A program made the translations under genes and the position numbers. Below the pieces are notes generated by a model. It worked only from the letters and a program-made list of their open reading frames with translations, did no database searches and had not been told where the DNA came from. Of a DNA stretch of 64,000 bases, positions 10,857-20,302 are shown one piece after another. How positions within the stretch are numbered: position 1 is the stretch's first letter; the number at the start of each line of letters is the position of its first letter. The stretch lies in assembly GCA_965222235.1 (NCBI GenBank), contig OZ244939.1, positions 400,107-464,106 of the forward strand. Direction: 5' to 3'. Source of the stretch: Minisyncoccota bacterium. Its GTDB lineage: Bacteria; Patescibacteriota; Minisyncoccia; Phycocordibacterales; JABAAK01.

Positions 10857-11624
10857 AATTGTGATATACTGTCACACATGCCTACATCAGCACAAATTAA
10901 ATCTCTAGAGAAAAAACTCAAGGAGTACAAGAAGCGTTTTCTCACTAGAAAACACGAGGGGCTGGACGAGGCATCAACTCGTCTAATGACAAACAATTTC
11001 CTAATCAATATACTTGGTTATGCCGAATTTGAGGAGGTTAAGACAGAATATAATATTTCTGGAGAATATGCTGATTATGTTATACAAATAGGGAGAAAAA
11101 AGCATTTTATTATTGAAGTAAAATCAATATCACTTGACCTGAGTGATAAACATCTTCGTCAAGCAACGAATTATGCAGTTAGCGAAGGTATTGACTGGAT
11201 TTTGCTCACCAACGGCACCGCATTTATGCTGTATCGCATTTTGTTTAACAAGCCAATTTCCATAAAAAAAGTATTTGAACACGACATAGGTAAAGAAAAG
11301 AATCTGCAGAGTGCCAGCAAAGATATTGCACTTCTAACTAAAAAGAGTGTTGGGAAAAATGAGCTTGAAAAACACTGGGGGCGATTTGAGGTAGTTGAGC
11401 CAGCCGGACTTAGCAAACTTCTATACCACAAAACCGTAGTAGCCAGCCTACGAAGAGTTATGAGACAGAAAACAAGCCTTTCTTTTTCCGAAGAAGAGGT
11501 GTTGGACGCACTGCATGGATTAATCACCAAACAAATTGAGAATGTGAAGCCGACAAGACCAATTGAACCACGGACAAGAAAGCCGCGCACTGTAGAAAAT
11601 AACAATACACTAAATCATGATTAA
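10848..11624 (+). CDS. PD-(D/E)xK nuclease-fold protein, resembling the type I restriction enzyme R-subunit N-terminal domain (HsdR_N-like). It stands alone.
   Basis: The motif EYADYVIQIG...HFIIEVKS has the D...E-x-K signature in the usual spacing. 258 aa. It is AT-rich relative to its flanks. Confidence 0.5.
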   Translation: MKINCDILSHMPTSAQIKSLEKKLKEYKKRFLTRKHEGLDEASTRLMTNNFLINILGYAEFEEVKTEYNISGEYADYVIQIGRKKHFIIEVKSISLDLSDKHLRQATNYAVSEGIDWILLTNGTAFMLYRILFNKPISIKKVFEHDIGKEKNLQSASKDIALLTKKSVGKNELEKHWGRFEVVEPAGLSKLLYHKTVVASLRRVMRQKTSLSFSEEEVLDALHGLITKQIENVKPTRPIEPRTRKPRTVENNNTLNHD

Positions 11625-12021
11625 GTTTGCGGACAAGAGCGCAGAGAAAAAATTTAATGAGATTTGGAATATCTCTAATAAATCTATACTGGAGAATGAA
11701 CGAGTTAAAAAATATACTACAGCCAGACGGTCCAAATGTCATTGAAAAAACTACAGCAGGTGCGGGCAACAGTGCTTGACTGTTGACTAAGGTGGAGCCT
11801 GAAAAGAATGCACCACAAAAGGTTCCGAATGAGAGAGGATTGGGTGGTAGTAGTAGACCACCATCTGAAGTAAATCCTGAAAATACTGAAAACACCGGTG
11901 AGTCTGATGGTGAAGCAAGACCGCGCCAAGAAGAAAACGAGTAATTACATGTTTTACAGATTGGTTACAGGTGATTAATGAAATCAAAAATAGCACCACA
12001 CCCTCCTCCTTTGGACTTTTT

Positions 12022-12207
12022 GCAGAGCGTTAGCGGAGCAAAAAAGACAAAGGTGGGGAAACGAAGCGAAACAGAAACACCGAGCCGAAAAGTGAAAAAA
12101 TAAGACGGGCGTGCGTACACACCACCGTCTTATTTTTGAACGAGCGAGGTGCTGTCTGTGAAGCGAAGTGGTGCTCGTTATACTACTGAGCGTGTCTCGC
12201 GCCTTTC
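12022..12207 (+). other. Conserved non-coding module, copy 1: a purine-rich tract, a rho-independent terminator-like hairpin with a T-run, then the box GAACGRGCRAGGTG...GTGAAG...CGCGCCTTTC.
   Basis: Its first 121 nt align with 31174-31294 with no net indels (see findings); overall identity by eye is about 60-65%. The hairpin taagacgg...ccgtcttatttttg is replaced in copy 2 by a different stem. Confidence 0.5.
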
Positions 12208-12307
12208 GGAGCTCCCAATTTTCTTTTTCAATTTATCCCACCGCCCCTTTTCACGCGCTTGTCACAGAACCAGTGAAGACGGAAACAGGAAAATGGTGAA
12301 AGATCTG

Positions 12308-12363
12308 TATTTTCACTCTTCAAAACTTTCTGTGAGTTGTTTTCTGAGTTCCAACACTGTACC
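12308..12363. repeat. Right copy of the 56-bp inverted repeat, 6 bp from the tRNA-Glu 3-prime end.
   Basis: Reverse complement of 10801-10856 with 2 mismatches. Confidence 0.8.
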
Positions 12364-12369
12364 TTTAGG

Positions 12370-12441
12370 TGACCCTACGGGGAATCGAACCCCGGTTTTC
12401 GCCGTGAGAGGGCGATGTCCTAGCCGCTAGACGATAGGGCC
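12370..12441 (-). tRNA. tRNA-Glu (CTC).
   Basis: The reverse complement reads ggccctatcgtctagcggctaggacatcgccCTCtcacggcgaaaaccggggttcgattccccgtagggtca. The acceptor has one G-U pair. Anticodon stem tcgcc/ggcga, T-arm cggggttcgattccccg. Confidence 0.75.
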
Positions 12442-12492
12442 GAATACGCCGTATAGTATAACACAAACAAATGTTATATAATACTGACATGC

Positions 12493-12566
12493 GGGTGATT
12501 AGCTCAGTCGGCTAGAGCGCTTCCTTGACGTGGAAGAGGTCACAGGTTCGAGCCCTGTATCGCCCA
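12493..12566 (+). tRNA. tRNA-Val (GAC).
   Basis: gggtgattagctcagtcggctagagcgcttccttGACgtggaagaggtcacaggttcgagccctgtatcgccca; all four arms pair. Confidence 0.85.
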
Positions 12567-12613
12567 CACAAGACATACATGTCACACTGCGTGTGTTACT
12601 ATTAATATTGTTT

Positions 12614-14875
12614 ATGGTTCGTTTCACATCGCTGTCAATACCAATTATCGCATTCGTCTCCGGTATGGGCGGTCTCGCATATGAAATCATCTATGCCCGT
12701 CTCATTTCATACTACATCGGCGATGTGTTCTACATCATCGCCGTTACACTAGTGGCGGTGTTCCTCGGTCTTGCCGCCGGATACGCGCTGTCCCGCCATA
12801 CGATCCGGTATTTGTGGCTGATTGAATTATTCCTGGGCGCGTTTGCGCTGATTGTTGCGTTTATATTTCACACATACAGCGTCTCCTTCATCCCCGCAAT
12901 AGGCGACCTGCTCATGATCCCCGGTTTCTCGGCGCTGGTTTCCGCCGTCTTTATCAGTATACCGATGTTCCTTGTGGGATTCTCCGTTCCTGTGCTGACA
13001 CACTACCGCGCGTACACGCATGACGATTCGGAATCTTTTGCCGAAGTGTACGGACTGTACGCACTCGGAGCCGGACTGTTCGTGCTCCTGCTGGAACTTG
13101 CGCTGCTCAACTTGCTGGGTATTTCACTGGTTCTCTGCTTCGCCGGCGCGGTGAATATGGCGGTGGCGGTATGGGCATACCGGTTTGCGCGGAAAATTAA
13201 GGAGAAGGAGAAACAGAAGCCGCGTATACAGTGGCACATGCCGCTCTTCTGGTTCGGTGTGTGCTCAACCGTTTTTCAGTTCTACTACCTGGAAATGACC
13301 TTTAAAATATTCGGACCGTTTATCTTTAACTTCTCAACCGTTCTCGCAACCGCGCTGATCGGCATCGGCATCGGCGCGTATATCGCAAGAACATATGCGC
13401 CGGACTTTCTTCCGACAGTCAGAACCATGACGCTGTTCTGTTTCATCCCGTTCCTGTTTCTCATGCCGGCCATCTACGCCTGGTCATACACATTTTCAGC
13501 GGCGGAATCTTCATTCGTCATCATAACGCTCAAAACCCTGCTGATCGTCGGTATGGGGCTGCCGCTGTTCATCCTGTTCGGATCAACCGTTCCGCTGGCG
13601 ATACAGGCATATGGGCAGCGGACGATGCACGGCGTGCTGCTGTCCAACGCGTGCGGTAACGCCCTGGGTATCCTCCTCGCCGTCTTCGTGCTGTTTCCCC
13701 TGTTCAATTTCAAAATAACGCTGATACTACTGTTTGCGGCCCTGCTTGTCATAACTCGTCCGGCATTCAGCCGATGCACAATCGTCGCCGTCCTTCTCAT
13801 CCCGACCCTTCTTTTTTTGCTGTGGCCGGTGAAAGAGCTGCAGGTCGGCCACGGCTCAATTAAGGATTTCCAGGTCCTTGTTGAATCGGTACGGAGTGAT
13901 TTCACCGTGCTCAAACATATCAGGGGATTCGGCGATGAGACAATAATCTTCACTCAGAAATTTGGCGAGGACGACGTGCTTACTATAAACCACAGCGGAC
14001 ATGTCACGCTGCGTTTTGGAAGTGACATGAGTACACAGAGAACTGAAACGCTCATCGGCATCATGCCCGGCTTCTACTCGGCAAAACATGACAAGGCGTT
14101 GGTGGTGGCTCTCGGGAGCGGTACATCCCCTTCCGGAGCGGCGGATGTGTACAAAGAGACAAAGGTGATTGAGATCAACCCGACCATGATTGCCGTCACT
14201 GAATACATGTCCGATATAAACCGGGGATTCCTTGAACGGGATGATAAAGAAATTGTCATACAGGACGGCTTTCTCGCCACACTACTTGAGGAAGACGGCA
14301 CCTATGACATGATCACGGTCTCCGTTTCCCTGCCCTCATACTACGCCGCGGGCAAGATGTACACCAAAGAATATTTTGAAATCGCAAAAACAAAACTTGC
14401 TCCAGGGGGGGTGGTGAGCACCTGGTATGACACCCGATGGGAGGATGACGGTGTCCGCATACTCTACAAAACACTCCTGAGCGTTTTTAATACCTGCGAC
14501 ACACTGCTTCTGAGTCCCGGCTACTATTCAATCGTATGCGGCGACACCCTGCAGATGCACCCCGTCTCCGAAGTTCCTGTTGAGAGTGAATACGCGGAAC
14601 AACTGGCAGTCCATGTCCCGTATCTGAAAGTGCCGGTTCCGGATACCTTCTTCACCGCCGGTCCGGACCTCGGCATATATACACTTAACAGCTCTATCAT
14701 CATTAAATACTCCAATAGAAGGCGCTCGGGGGGAAGAATATATAAAGGCCTGTTTGACGACACACTCAGAATTGCTTTTGAGCAACAGGCCGAGCGGGTA
14801 CCCGGTTCCTGCCGCGCGTACAATGCGGTGGGCTTTTGGTCTTATTTCCAATGCGACAGCGGGTTGTTAAAATAA
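12614..14875 (+). CDS. Polytopic membrane protein fused to a C-terminal spermidine-synthase-like (aminopropyltransferase fold) domain.
   Basis: The track ORF starts inside tRNA-Val, so it was trimmed to the ATG at 12614 (MVRFTSLSIPIIAF). About 10 TM helices are followed by VVALGSGTSPSGAADVYKETKVIEINPTMIAVTEYM...DGTYDMITVSVS, a SpeE-like Rossmann fold. Confidence 0.6.
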   Translation: MVRFTSLSIPIIAFVSGMGGLAYEIIYARLISYYIGDVFYIIAVTLVAVFLGLAAGYALSRHTIRYLWLIELFLGAFALIVAFIFHTYSVSFIPAIGDLLMIPGFSALVSAVFISIPMFLVGFSVPVLTHYRAYTHDDSESFAEVYGLYALGAGLFVLLLELALLNLLGISLVLCFAGAVNMAVAVWAYRFARKIKEKEKQKPRIQWHMPLFWFGVCSTVFQFYYLEMTFKIFGPFIFNFSTVLATALIGIGIGAYIARTYAPDFLPTVRTMTLFCFIPFLFLMPAIYAWSYTFSAAESSFVIITLKTLLIVGMGLPLFILFGSTVPLAIQAYGQRTMHGVLLSNACGNALGILLAVFVLFPLFNFKITLILLFAALLVITRPAFSRCTIVAVLLIPTLLFLLWPVKELQVGHGSIKDFQVLVESVRSDFTVLKHIRGFGDETIIFTQKFGEDDVLTINHSGHVTLRFGSDMSTQRTETLIGIMPGFYSAKHDKALVVALGSGTSPSGAADVYKETKVIEINPTMIAVTEYMSDINRGFLERDDKEIVIQDGFLATLLEEDGTYDMITVSVSLPSYYAAGKMYTKEYFEIAKTKLAPGGVVSTWYDTRWEDDGVRILYKTLLSVFNTCDTLLLSPGYYSIVCGDTLQMHPVSEVPVESEYAEQLAVHVPYLKVPVPDTFFTAGPDLGIYTLNSSIIIKYSNRRRSGGRIYKGLFDDTLRIAFEQQAERVPGSCRAYNAVGFWSYFQCDSGLLK

Positions 14876-15132
14876 CGGGAAAACTTCTGTATAAACTGTT
14901 CCCGGGAAATGCGGCTGCCGTCCGTGTCATAGTAAACAAACACTCCGTCAATTTCCTCAGCAACGAGATCGCCGCTCTCAAGACTGTAGAAATTCGAATA
15001 TCCTTCCACAATATCAAAATCAGCCGGCTGATACGAACGGTCAGGCGCATTGCGGATATAAATAAAAAACAAAATTGCGAGCAGTCCGCAAAGCATGATA
15101 AGAAGACATTGTATGGTTTCTTTACGATTCAT
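14842..15132 (-). CDS. Small membrane-anchored hypothetical protein.
   Basis: Trimmed to MNRKETIQCLLIMLCGLLAILFFIY..., a single N-terminal TM helix. 96 aa. Confidence 0.35.
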   Translation of the reverse strand: MNRKETIQCLLIMLCGLLAILFFIYIRNAPDRSYQPADFDIVEGYSNFYSLESGDLVAEEIDGVFVYYDTDGSRISREQFIQKFSRYFNNPLSHWK

Positions 15133-15174
15133 AGTAAACGGTATCTCATATGATACCACAACCCACGACAAGCG

Positions 15175-15642
15175 TTATGAAACCCCCTCTTCTTTCGCCG
15201 GCACAGTCTTCACTTCATCAGGCTGATCGGATTCATGCTGTGAATCCTCGGATACGGACGCCTGTTCATCCGACGTTTCGGATACGATGGTTGTTCTCCT
15301 GAGTTTCTCGCGAATCTGTTTCTGCGTCTTATCCCGCAGGAAGTAGAGGCGGGCGCGTCTGGTCTTCGTTCTCCGCACTATCTCAATTTTCTCAATCATC
15401 GGAGAGTAGAGCGGAAATATCTTTTCCACCACAATGCCGTCGGAGCCGGCTCTCCGCACGGTGAATGTTGCCCCGGCTTCCGTGCCGTGCTTGCGGGCGA
15501 TAACCACACCCTCAAACACCTGTATACGGGTTTTTTCTTTCTCCACTATCTTCTGATGCACACGAACGGTGTCTCCGGAAGAAATCCGGATATCCCGCCG
15601 ACCTTGAGTGTGCACGGGCGACAGTTGTGTATCGGTAAGCAT
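15175..15642 (-). CDS. rplS: 50S ribosomal protein L19 with an acidic C-terminal extension.
   Basis: The L19 core [31 protein letters not shown]...FTVRR is present. The start was trimmed to MLTDTQL. Confidence 0.85.
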   Translation of the reverse strand: MLTDTQLSPVHTQGRRDIRISSGDTVRVHQKIVEKEKTRIQVFEGVVIARKHGTEAGATFTVRRAGSDGIVVEKIFPLYSPMIEKIEIVRRTKTRRARLYFLRDKTQKQIREKLRRTTIVSETSDEQASVSEDSQHESDQPDEVKTVPAKEEGVS

Positions 15643-15683
15643 AGTGTGTGTATGGTAGCCCACCGCCCGACATTTCGCAAATA

Positions 15684-15716
15684 TAAAAAAGGAGGAGGGG
15701 TGTGTAACCCCTCCTC
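15684..15716 (-). terminator. Rho-independent terminator for the lytic transglycosylase gene.
   Basis: On the minus strand, gaggaggggttacacacccctcctcc is followed by TTTTTTATATTT. Confidence 0.6.
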
Positions 15717-15736
15717 AGTCTCAGTTCTGAACTCCC

Positions 15737-16672
15737 TCAGCTCTGAAACTCCTGAAGGATCTGGTGGACCTTTTCCCGCACTCCGGAAACCTTGCGAAGA
15801 TATTCCAGAGCGCCCGAACTTTCCGCACGCGTCGGACCGGCAAAGTACGCGCCGATCGCGTACTCGAAATTCCGTTGAACACCGAGATCGCTCAGAAGAA
15901 TGCCCATGCCTATCATTGAATGCAGTGGGTCAAACGGGTTCGGGGGATGGTCGCTGCGCCGGCCGAGAAGACCGGACACGCGGTCCTTTTCGGGATTGTA
16001 TTGGTAGACCCAGTTAACAAACTTCGCAACGGCGACCTTGGTGCACCGCCCGAAAGATGCCCTCTGAGACTCTCTGGAGCAGAGACCGTTCCCCCACGCA
16101 ACGTGGTCGTCCTGAAATGTGCGCAGGTGTTTCGCGGTGTTCGGACCGAGAAATCCGTCCACTTTCAGATCCAGCCCGTACACATGGTTCAGAACCGCCT
16201 GCAGAAGTTTCACATTCTGCAGACTCCATCTTACCGACGGGAAATATTCCCGGGACAGCGGTTCAAACTCCATGCCGGTGATGGCTGCCCACATTGATGG
16301 CAGTATCTGCCCGGGTCCCATCGCACTGCCGAAACCGCCGGGCGAGGCCTTAGAGACGCACACCTCCTCCGGGGCATAGCCGAACATCTCGGCTATAACA
16401 ATTAATGGGACAAGATCACGGGAGGATTTGGCGTACACCGCACCCCCCCTGATTCCTTTGAGTTTGCCGAACCTACTCTCGACGATCGAGACCGCCGCGA
16501 GTGTTTCCATGGAAACACCGGTCAGCTCCGCAGCACGTGAGACCGCGTTGATCATTTTTGTTGGTGTGAATGAGGTGCATGTCTCCACCCCGGTTTTTGT
16601 GACGGAGCTGCCGAAAGCGGTCCCGCTCCAAAAACAATACAACAGAAGAAAGACCGCTGTTGACTTTTTCAT
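15737..16672 (-). CDS. Secreted lytic transglycosylase (SLT-like) with a peptidoglycan-binding PG_binding_1 domain.
   Basis: It has a signal peptide MKKSTAVFLLLYCFWSGTAFG and the ES..-type SLT motif SIVESRF. The segment LQAVLNHVYGLDLKVDGFLGPNTAKHLRTFQ is PG_binding_1-like. Confidence 0.6.
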   Translation of the reverse strand: MKKSTAVFLLLYCFWSGTAFGSSVTKTGVETCTSFTPTKMINAVSRAAELTGVSMETLAAVSIVESRFGKLKGIRGGAVYAKSSRDLVPLIVIAEMFGYAPEEVCVSKASPGGFGSAMGPGQILPSMWAAITGMEFEPLSREYFPSVRWSLQNVKLLQAVLNHVYGLDLKVDGFLGPNTAKHLRTFQDDHVAWGNGLCSRESQRASFGRCTKVAVAKFVNWVYQYNPEKDRVSGLLGRRSDHPPNPFDPLHSMIGMGILLSDLGVQRNFEYAIGAYFAGPTRAESSGALEYLRKVSGVREKVHQILQEFQS

Positions 16673-16752
16673 CCCAAACCCCTCCTCTAGATGTTTCCTT
16701 GAGATGTATACACATTATACAATAAAATACCGATTTGTCAAACTTTCTCCTT

Positions 16753-17900
16753 CCCAAGTTCAAACAAATAATAGAACACCTGTCATATACCAAGTAATAC
16801 TGGAGACATATGACAAAAGCAAAGAAAAAGAGACGGGAACCGTTCACCCGTCTGAATATTCATGAACGGAGTAGTATTGAAGTGAGATACTGTGCTGACA
16901 AGAGATCCCTGCGGGAGATAGCGAAAGAGTTGGGCAGGTCACCGGGAACCATACATCGGGAAATAGGGGGAAAACCGAGAAAAGGAGTCGGACGGTACTG
17001 CGCGCTGAGGGCACAGCGGGAAGCAGAGAAAAGGATACACACCCGGGGGAGGAAAGGAGTGCTGACCGACAGAGCACTCCTTGGGTATGTGCGGGAGAAG
17101 ATGGAGGAAGGATGGTCTCCCGAGCAGGTGAGTATTCGTCTTCCCCGGGAGTTTCCGGAGGACACAACCATGCGGGTATCTCATGAGACGATATATACCT
17201 TCATATATGCGCAGATTCACCAAAGCGGACACGGTATCGTGAAACCGGGGTATCTAGACTTACGGTCTCTTCTGCCGAGAAGAAGGAAGAGACGCATACG
17301 GCAAGGAGTGAGAAACACACAGAAAACAGAACGAAGAGCGGCCTTGCCCTCCATAGAGGAGAGACCGGGGATAGAGGGGGTAATCGGTCATTGGGAAGGT
17401 GACACCATGCTCTCAAGGAAAAGCAGCGTTAGGGTAAAGAGTATGAATGAAAAGATGACCGGTCTGGCATTCTTTGAGAAAACAAAAGACGGTACCGCTG
17501 AGTCCTGTGACGCGGCAATCATCAGACGAATGCGCGCTGTCCCTCCGAGATACCGCAAGACCCTCACCCAGGACAGAGGGGCGGAGAATAGGGGGTACCG
17601 CACCGTTGAAAAAGAACTCAGTCTCTCCTGCTACTTCGCCCATCCGTACTGCTCTCATGAAAGAGGATCAAACGAGAACACCAACGGATTGTTCCGTCGG
17701 TGTTTCCCGAAGGGGACTGACTTTGACAAAAGCAATGACCGTGACATTGCCAAGGTTGAGTACCTATTGAATACCCGTCCCAGGAAACGCCTTACTGGTC
17801 TGACCCCTTACGAGGTATTCTACCGCATGACCGGTGTCAATCTCCAGAGGATGGCATATTACAAACTGACAGGTGTTCAATTAGAAGTTTGAATGTAGGC
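16753..17900 (+). mobile_element. IS30-family insertion sequence, copy 1 (1148 bp).
   Basis: It is 100% identical to 29937-31084. Imperfect terminal IRs: TTCAAAC..TAAT(A/T)GAACACCTGTCA. It ends 1 bp from the metG stop codon. Confidence 0.85.
16810..17892 (+). CDS. IS30-family DDE transposase.
   Basis: 360 aa with an N-terminal HTH, the HWEGDTM motif typical of IS30 transposases, and a DDE core. It is identical to 29994-31076. Confidence 0.9.
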   Translation: MTKAKKKRREPFTRLNIHERSSIEVRYCADKRSLREIAKELGRSPGTIHREIGGKPRKGVGRYCALRAQREAEKRIHTRGRKGVLTDRALLGYVREKMEEGWSPEQVSIRLPREFPEDTTMRVSHETIYTFIYAQIHQSGHGIVKPGYLDLRSLLPRRRKRRIRQGVRNTQKTERRAALPSIEERPGIEGVIGHWEGDTMLSRKSSVRVKSMNEKMTGLAFFEKTKDGTAESCDAAIIRRMRAVPPRYRKTLTQDRGAENRGYRTVEKELSLSCYFAHPYCSHERGSNENTNGLFRRCFPKGTDFDKSNDRDIAKVEYLLNTRPRKRLTGLTPYEVFYRMTGVNLQRMAYYKLTGVQLEV

Positions 17901-17901
17901 T

Positions 17902-19611
17902 TTATCCAAGCCCTAGTTTTTCCCGCTGGACCCGGATATCCGCCTCCTCAATTTTGGAAAAAAGCGGCCGAATATTGCCCACCACAATCCGCCCCGGCAG
18001 CGGCCGATACCCCCAGGATTCAGCGGCGGCACCGTCAGAGAAAAAGGAACAGATTTGCTCAGAAGTCCGGGGCAGAAATGGACGGACGACCAGAGCGAGC
18101 GAATAGATAGTTTGAAGAAGGACCGCCACATCCGCCTCAGCTCCGACCGGATCAACCGATATCCGTTTCCAGGGCTCCTGCGCATGTGCGAACCGGTTCC
18201 CGTGTTCCGCAAGCCGCATAATCTCACGGAATGCCTGGCGGAACTGCCCGTTCTCAATACACAAGCCGACCGTGTCAAACACCATCTCCGCGTCGGTAAG
18301 CAGCCGCTCGGCGGCAATATCCGTCGCCTCCGGCAGCGCGGCACCGTCGGGAAAACGTTTCTCGGCAAAGGTGCAGATGCGGTTCACTAAATTGCCGAAT
18401 GTTCCGATGAGCTCTCCGTTGACCAGCTGACCGAACTCAGTCCAGCGAAAATCAATATCCGCCGTCTCGGGACCGTGGGCGGTGAGGATATACCGCAACA
18501 ACTCAGCATCAAAACATTCCAAAAATTCCGGAACCCAGACGGCATGCAGTCTGCTGGTGGAAAACTGTTTCCCCTCCAGGGAAAGATACTCGGAAGCGAA
18601 CACCCTGTCCGGCAGATGATACCCGCCGGAACCGGTCAGTATGGCCGGAAGTATGAGCGTATGAAACGGCACGTTATCCTTCCCGTGTACATAGTAATGC
18701 ACCGCATCATCATCGCACCACCATGCGCGCCATGCATCGGGCGAAGCCTGCTGAGATGCGGAAAGATACCCGAGCACCGCATCAAACCAAACATACAGCC
18801 GCTTGCCTTCGTACCCCTCAAGCGGAACGGGAATGCCCCAGTCGGTGTCCCGGGTAACCGCCCTGTCCAACAGCCCCTGCTTCAGAAAACTTTTTGTAAA
18901 CTGGGCGGCATTAACGCGCCAGGCGCCGCTAACTCGCCCAACCCACTGATCCAGCGTGTCCTGAAACGCACTGAGCCTGAGATAGAAATGTTCTGACTCG
19001 CGAACCTCAAGCGCCCGATCGGCGGACGACACTGAACGGTCAAAAATATTAGGATTGGCCGCGGGTTCAATCAGTGTCAACGGATCAAGCAGGGTGCTGC
19101 ACTCATCACACTGATCGCCGCGGGCGGAAGAATAGCCGCAGTGCGGACAGGTGCCTTCAACAAAACGGTCGGGAAGAAAGCGGTTAAGAAACGGTGAATA
19201 CAGCCCTTTATCCGCTTTGATGTAGAGGTGCCCCTTGCGGTGCAGATCAAGAAACAAACCTTGGACTGTTTTCGCATGCTCAGGGGTTGTTGTTTTGGTG
19301 TACAGATCATAGGTAAAGCCGAGATCTTCAATGAGTGTCTTTTTGAATTCCTTATGATACCGGTCAGCGATAGATGCCGGATCCACCCCCCGCCTAATCG
19401 CTTCAACGGCAATGGGGGTACCGTAACAGTCGCTGCCGGAAACCATCAGCACGGCATCCCCCTTCATGCGGTGATACCGCGCCAACACATCGCCGCCGAT
19501 AAACGCGGCAATGTGTCCGAGATGGAGCGACCCGTTCGCGTACGGCCACGCTACCGCGACAAGAATATGTTTTTTTGGTTCACCCATATATACGGCATAA
19601 TACCGCATCAA
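17902..19611 (-). CDS. metG: Methionyl-tRNA synthetase, catalytic core without the C-terminal tRNA-binding domain.
   Basis: It has HLGH (HIGH-class motif), a zinc-knuckle CPHCGYSSARGDQCDECS, and the KMSKS-region. The probable true start is MGEPKK at about 19587. Confidence 0.9.
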   Translation of the reverse strand: MMRYYAVYMGEPKKHILVAVAWPYANGSLHLGHIAAFIGGDVLARYHRMKGDAVLMVSGSDCYGTPIAVEAIRRGVDPASIADRYHKEFKKTLIEDLGFTYDLYTKTTTPEHAKTVQGLFLDLHRKGHLYIKADKGLYSPFLNRFLPDRFVEGTCPHCGYSSARGDQCDECSTLLDPLTLIEPAANPNIFDRSVSSADRALEVRESEHFYLRLSAFQDTLDQWVGRVSGAWRVNAAQFTKSFLKQGLLDRAVTRDTDWGIPVPLEGYEGKRLYVWFDAVLGYLSASQQASPDAWRAWWCDDDAVHYYVHGKDNVPFHTLILPAILTGSGGYHLPDRVFASEYLSLEGKQFSTSRLHAVWVPEFLECFDAELLRYILTAHGPETADIDFRWTEFGQLVNGELIGTFGNLVNRICTFAEKRFPDGAALPEATDIAAERLLTDAEMVFDTVGLCIENGQFRQAFREIMRLAEHGNRFAHAQEPWKRISVDPVGAEADVAVLLQTIYSLALVVRPFLPRTSEQICSFFSDGAAAESWGYRPLPGRIVVGNIRPLFSKIEEADIRVQREKLGLG

Positions 19612-19625
19612 ACGGCTGTATGCAT

Positions 19626-19973
19626 TTAGGAGAGACGGGAGCCGACCGGAACATCCTGCGGTATCTCAACAACACGCACCTGACCGCCCCCCGAATCATC
19701 TGTGTATGAGGCACAGAGCAGCATGCCGTTGCTCTCAAGGCCGAGCATGGAGCGCGGCTCAAGATTCGCAACAACAACACACCGCACGCCGATCAATTGA
19801 TCCGGCGCATAGTGCTTACTGATGCCGGACAAAACGGTCCGCGGTTCCTCTTCGCCGATGTCTATCGCAAGATGGAGCATCTTATCGGAACCCGGGATAT
19901 GGTCGGCGGATACGACGGAGCCGACGACCAGCATGATCGAAGAAAATTGATCAATGGTAATGCTGCCGCTCAT
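19626..19973 (-). CDS. tRNA-binding domain protein (CsaA/Trbp111-like), probably the detached MetRS C-terminal domain.
   Basis: LHLAIDIGEEEPRTVLSGISKHY...CVVVANLEPRSMLGLESNGMLLCA is an OB-fold tRNA-binding motif. Trimmed to MSGSITIDQF. Confidence 0.6.
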   Translation of the reverse strand: MSGSITIDQFSSIMLVVGSVVSADHIPGSDKMLHLAIDIGEEEPRTVLSGISKHYAPDQLIGVRCVVVANLEPRSMLGLESNGMLLCASYTDDSGGGQVRVVEIPQDVPVGSRLS

Positions 19974-19980
19974 ATATAAA

Positions 19981-20247
19981 CTAACTGCTGTCAGGCCTGA
20001 TTGCCCGCGCCAAAACAGACTTCCTGCGCGATGCCGTCTTGCCGGTGATAACCCCCCGCTTCGCCGCCTTATCAATCGCCTTCTGCGCCAGACGATATTC
20101 CGCGCGCGCGCCGGCGCTGTCGCCCGTGCGGTGCTGCCCTTTCACCTTTTTAATAAGGAGGCGCATTGTGCGGAATCGACGGAGATTAAACACGCGACGT
20201 TTTGCTGAAACACGGATTTCTTTTTTTGCTGATGCGGTGATAGCCAT
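19981..20247 (-). CDS. rpsT: 30S ribosomal protein S20.
   Basis: MAITASAKKEIRVSAKRRVFNLRRFRTMRLLIKK...AIDKAAKRGVI has the S20 signature. The start was trimmed to MAITASAKK. Confidence 0.8.
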   Translation of the reverse strand: MAITASAKKEIRVSAKRRVFNLRRFRTMRLLIKKVKGQHRTGDSAGARAEYRLAQKAIDKAAKRGVITGKTASRRKSVLARAIRPDSS

Positions 20248-20302
20248 ATACACGCACTGTACCGAGATATACCCCAAAACGCAAGCGGAAGTCTTGTCTC
20301 AC

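Noticed and set aside
12149-12430. 93-aa plus-strand ORF over the conserved module, IR2 and tRNA-Glu.
   Set aside because: It overlaps a tRNA on the opposite strand and the inverted repeat. Its composition is low-complexity, so it is likely non-coding.
12530-14875. Track ORF 12530-14875 starts inside tRNA-Val(GAC).
   Set aside because: The first 28 codons overlap the tRNA (12493-12566). The gene was trimmed to the ATG at 12614, which begins the hydrophobic N-terminus.
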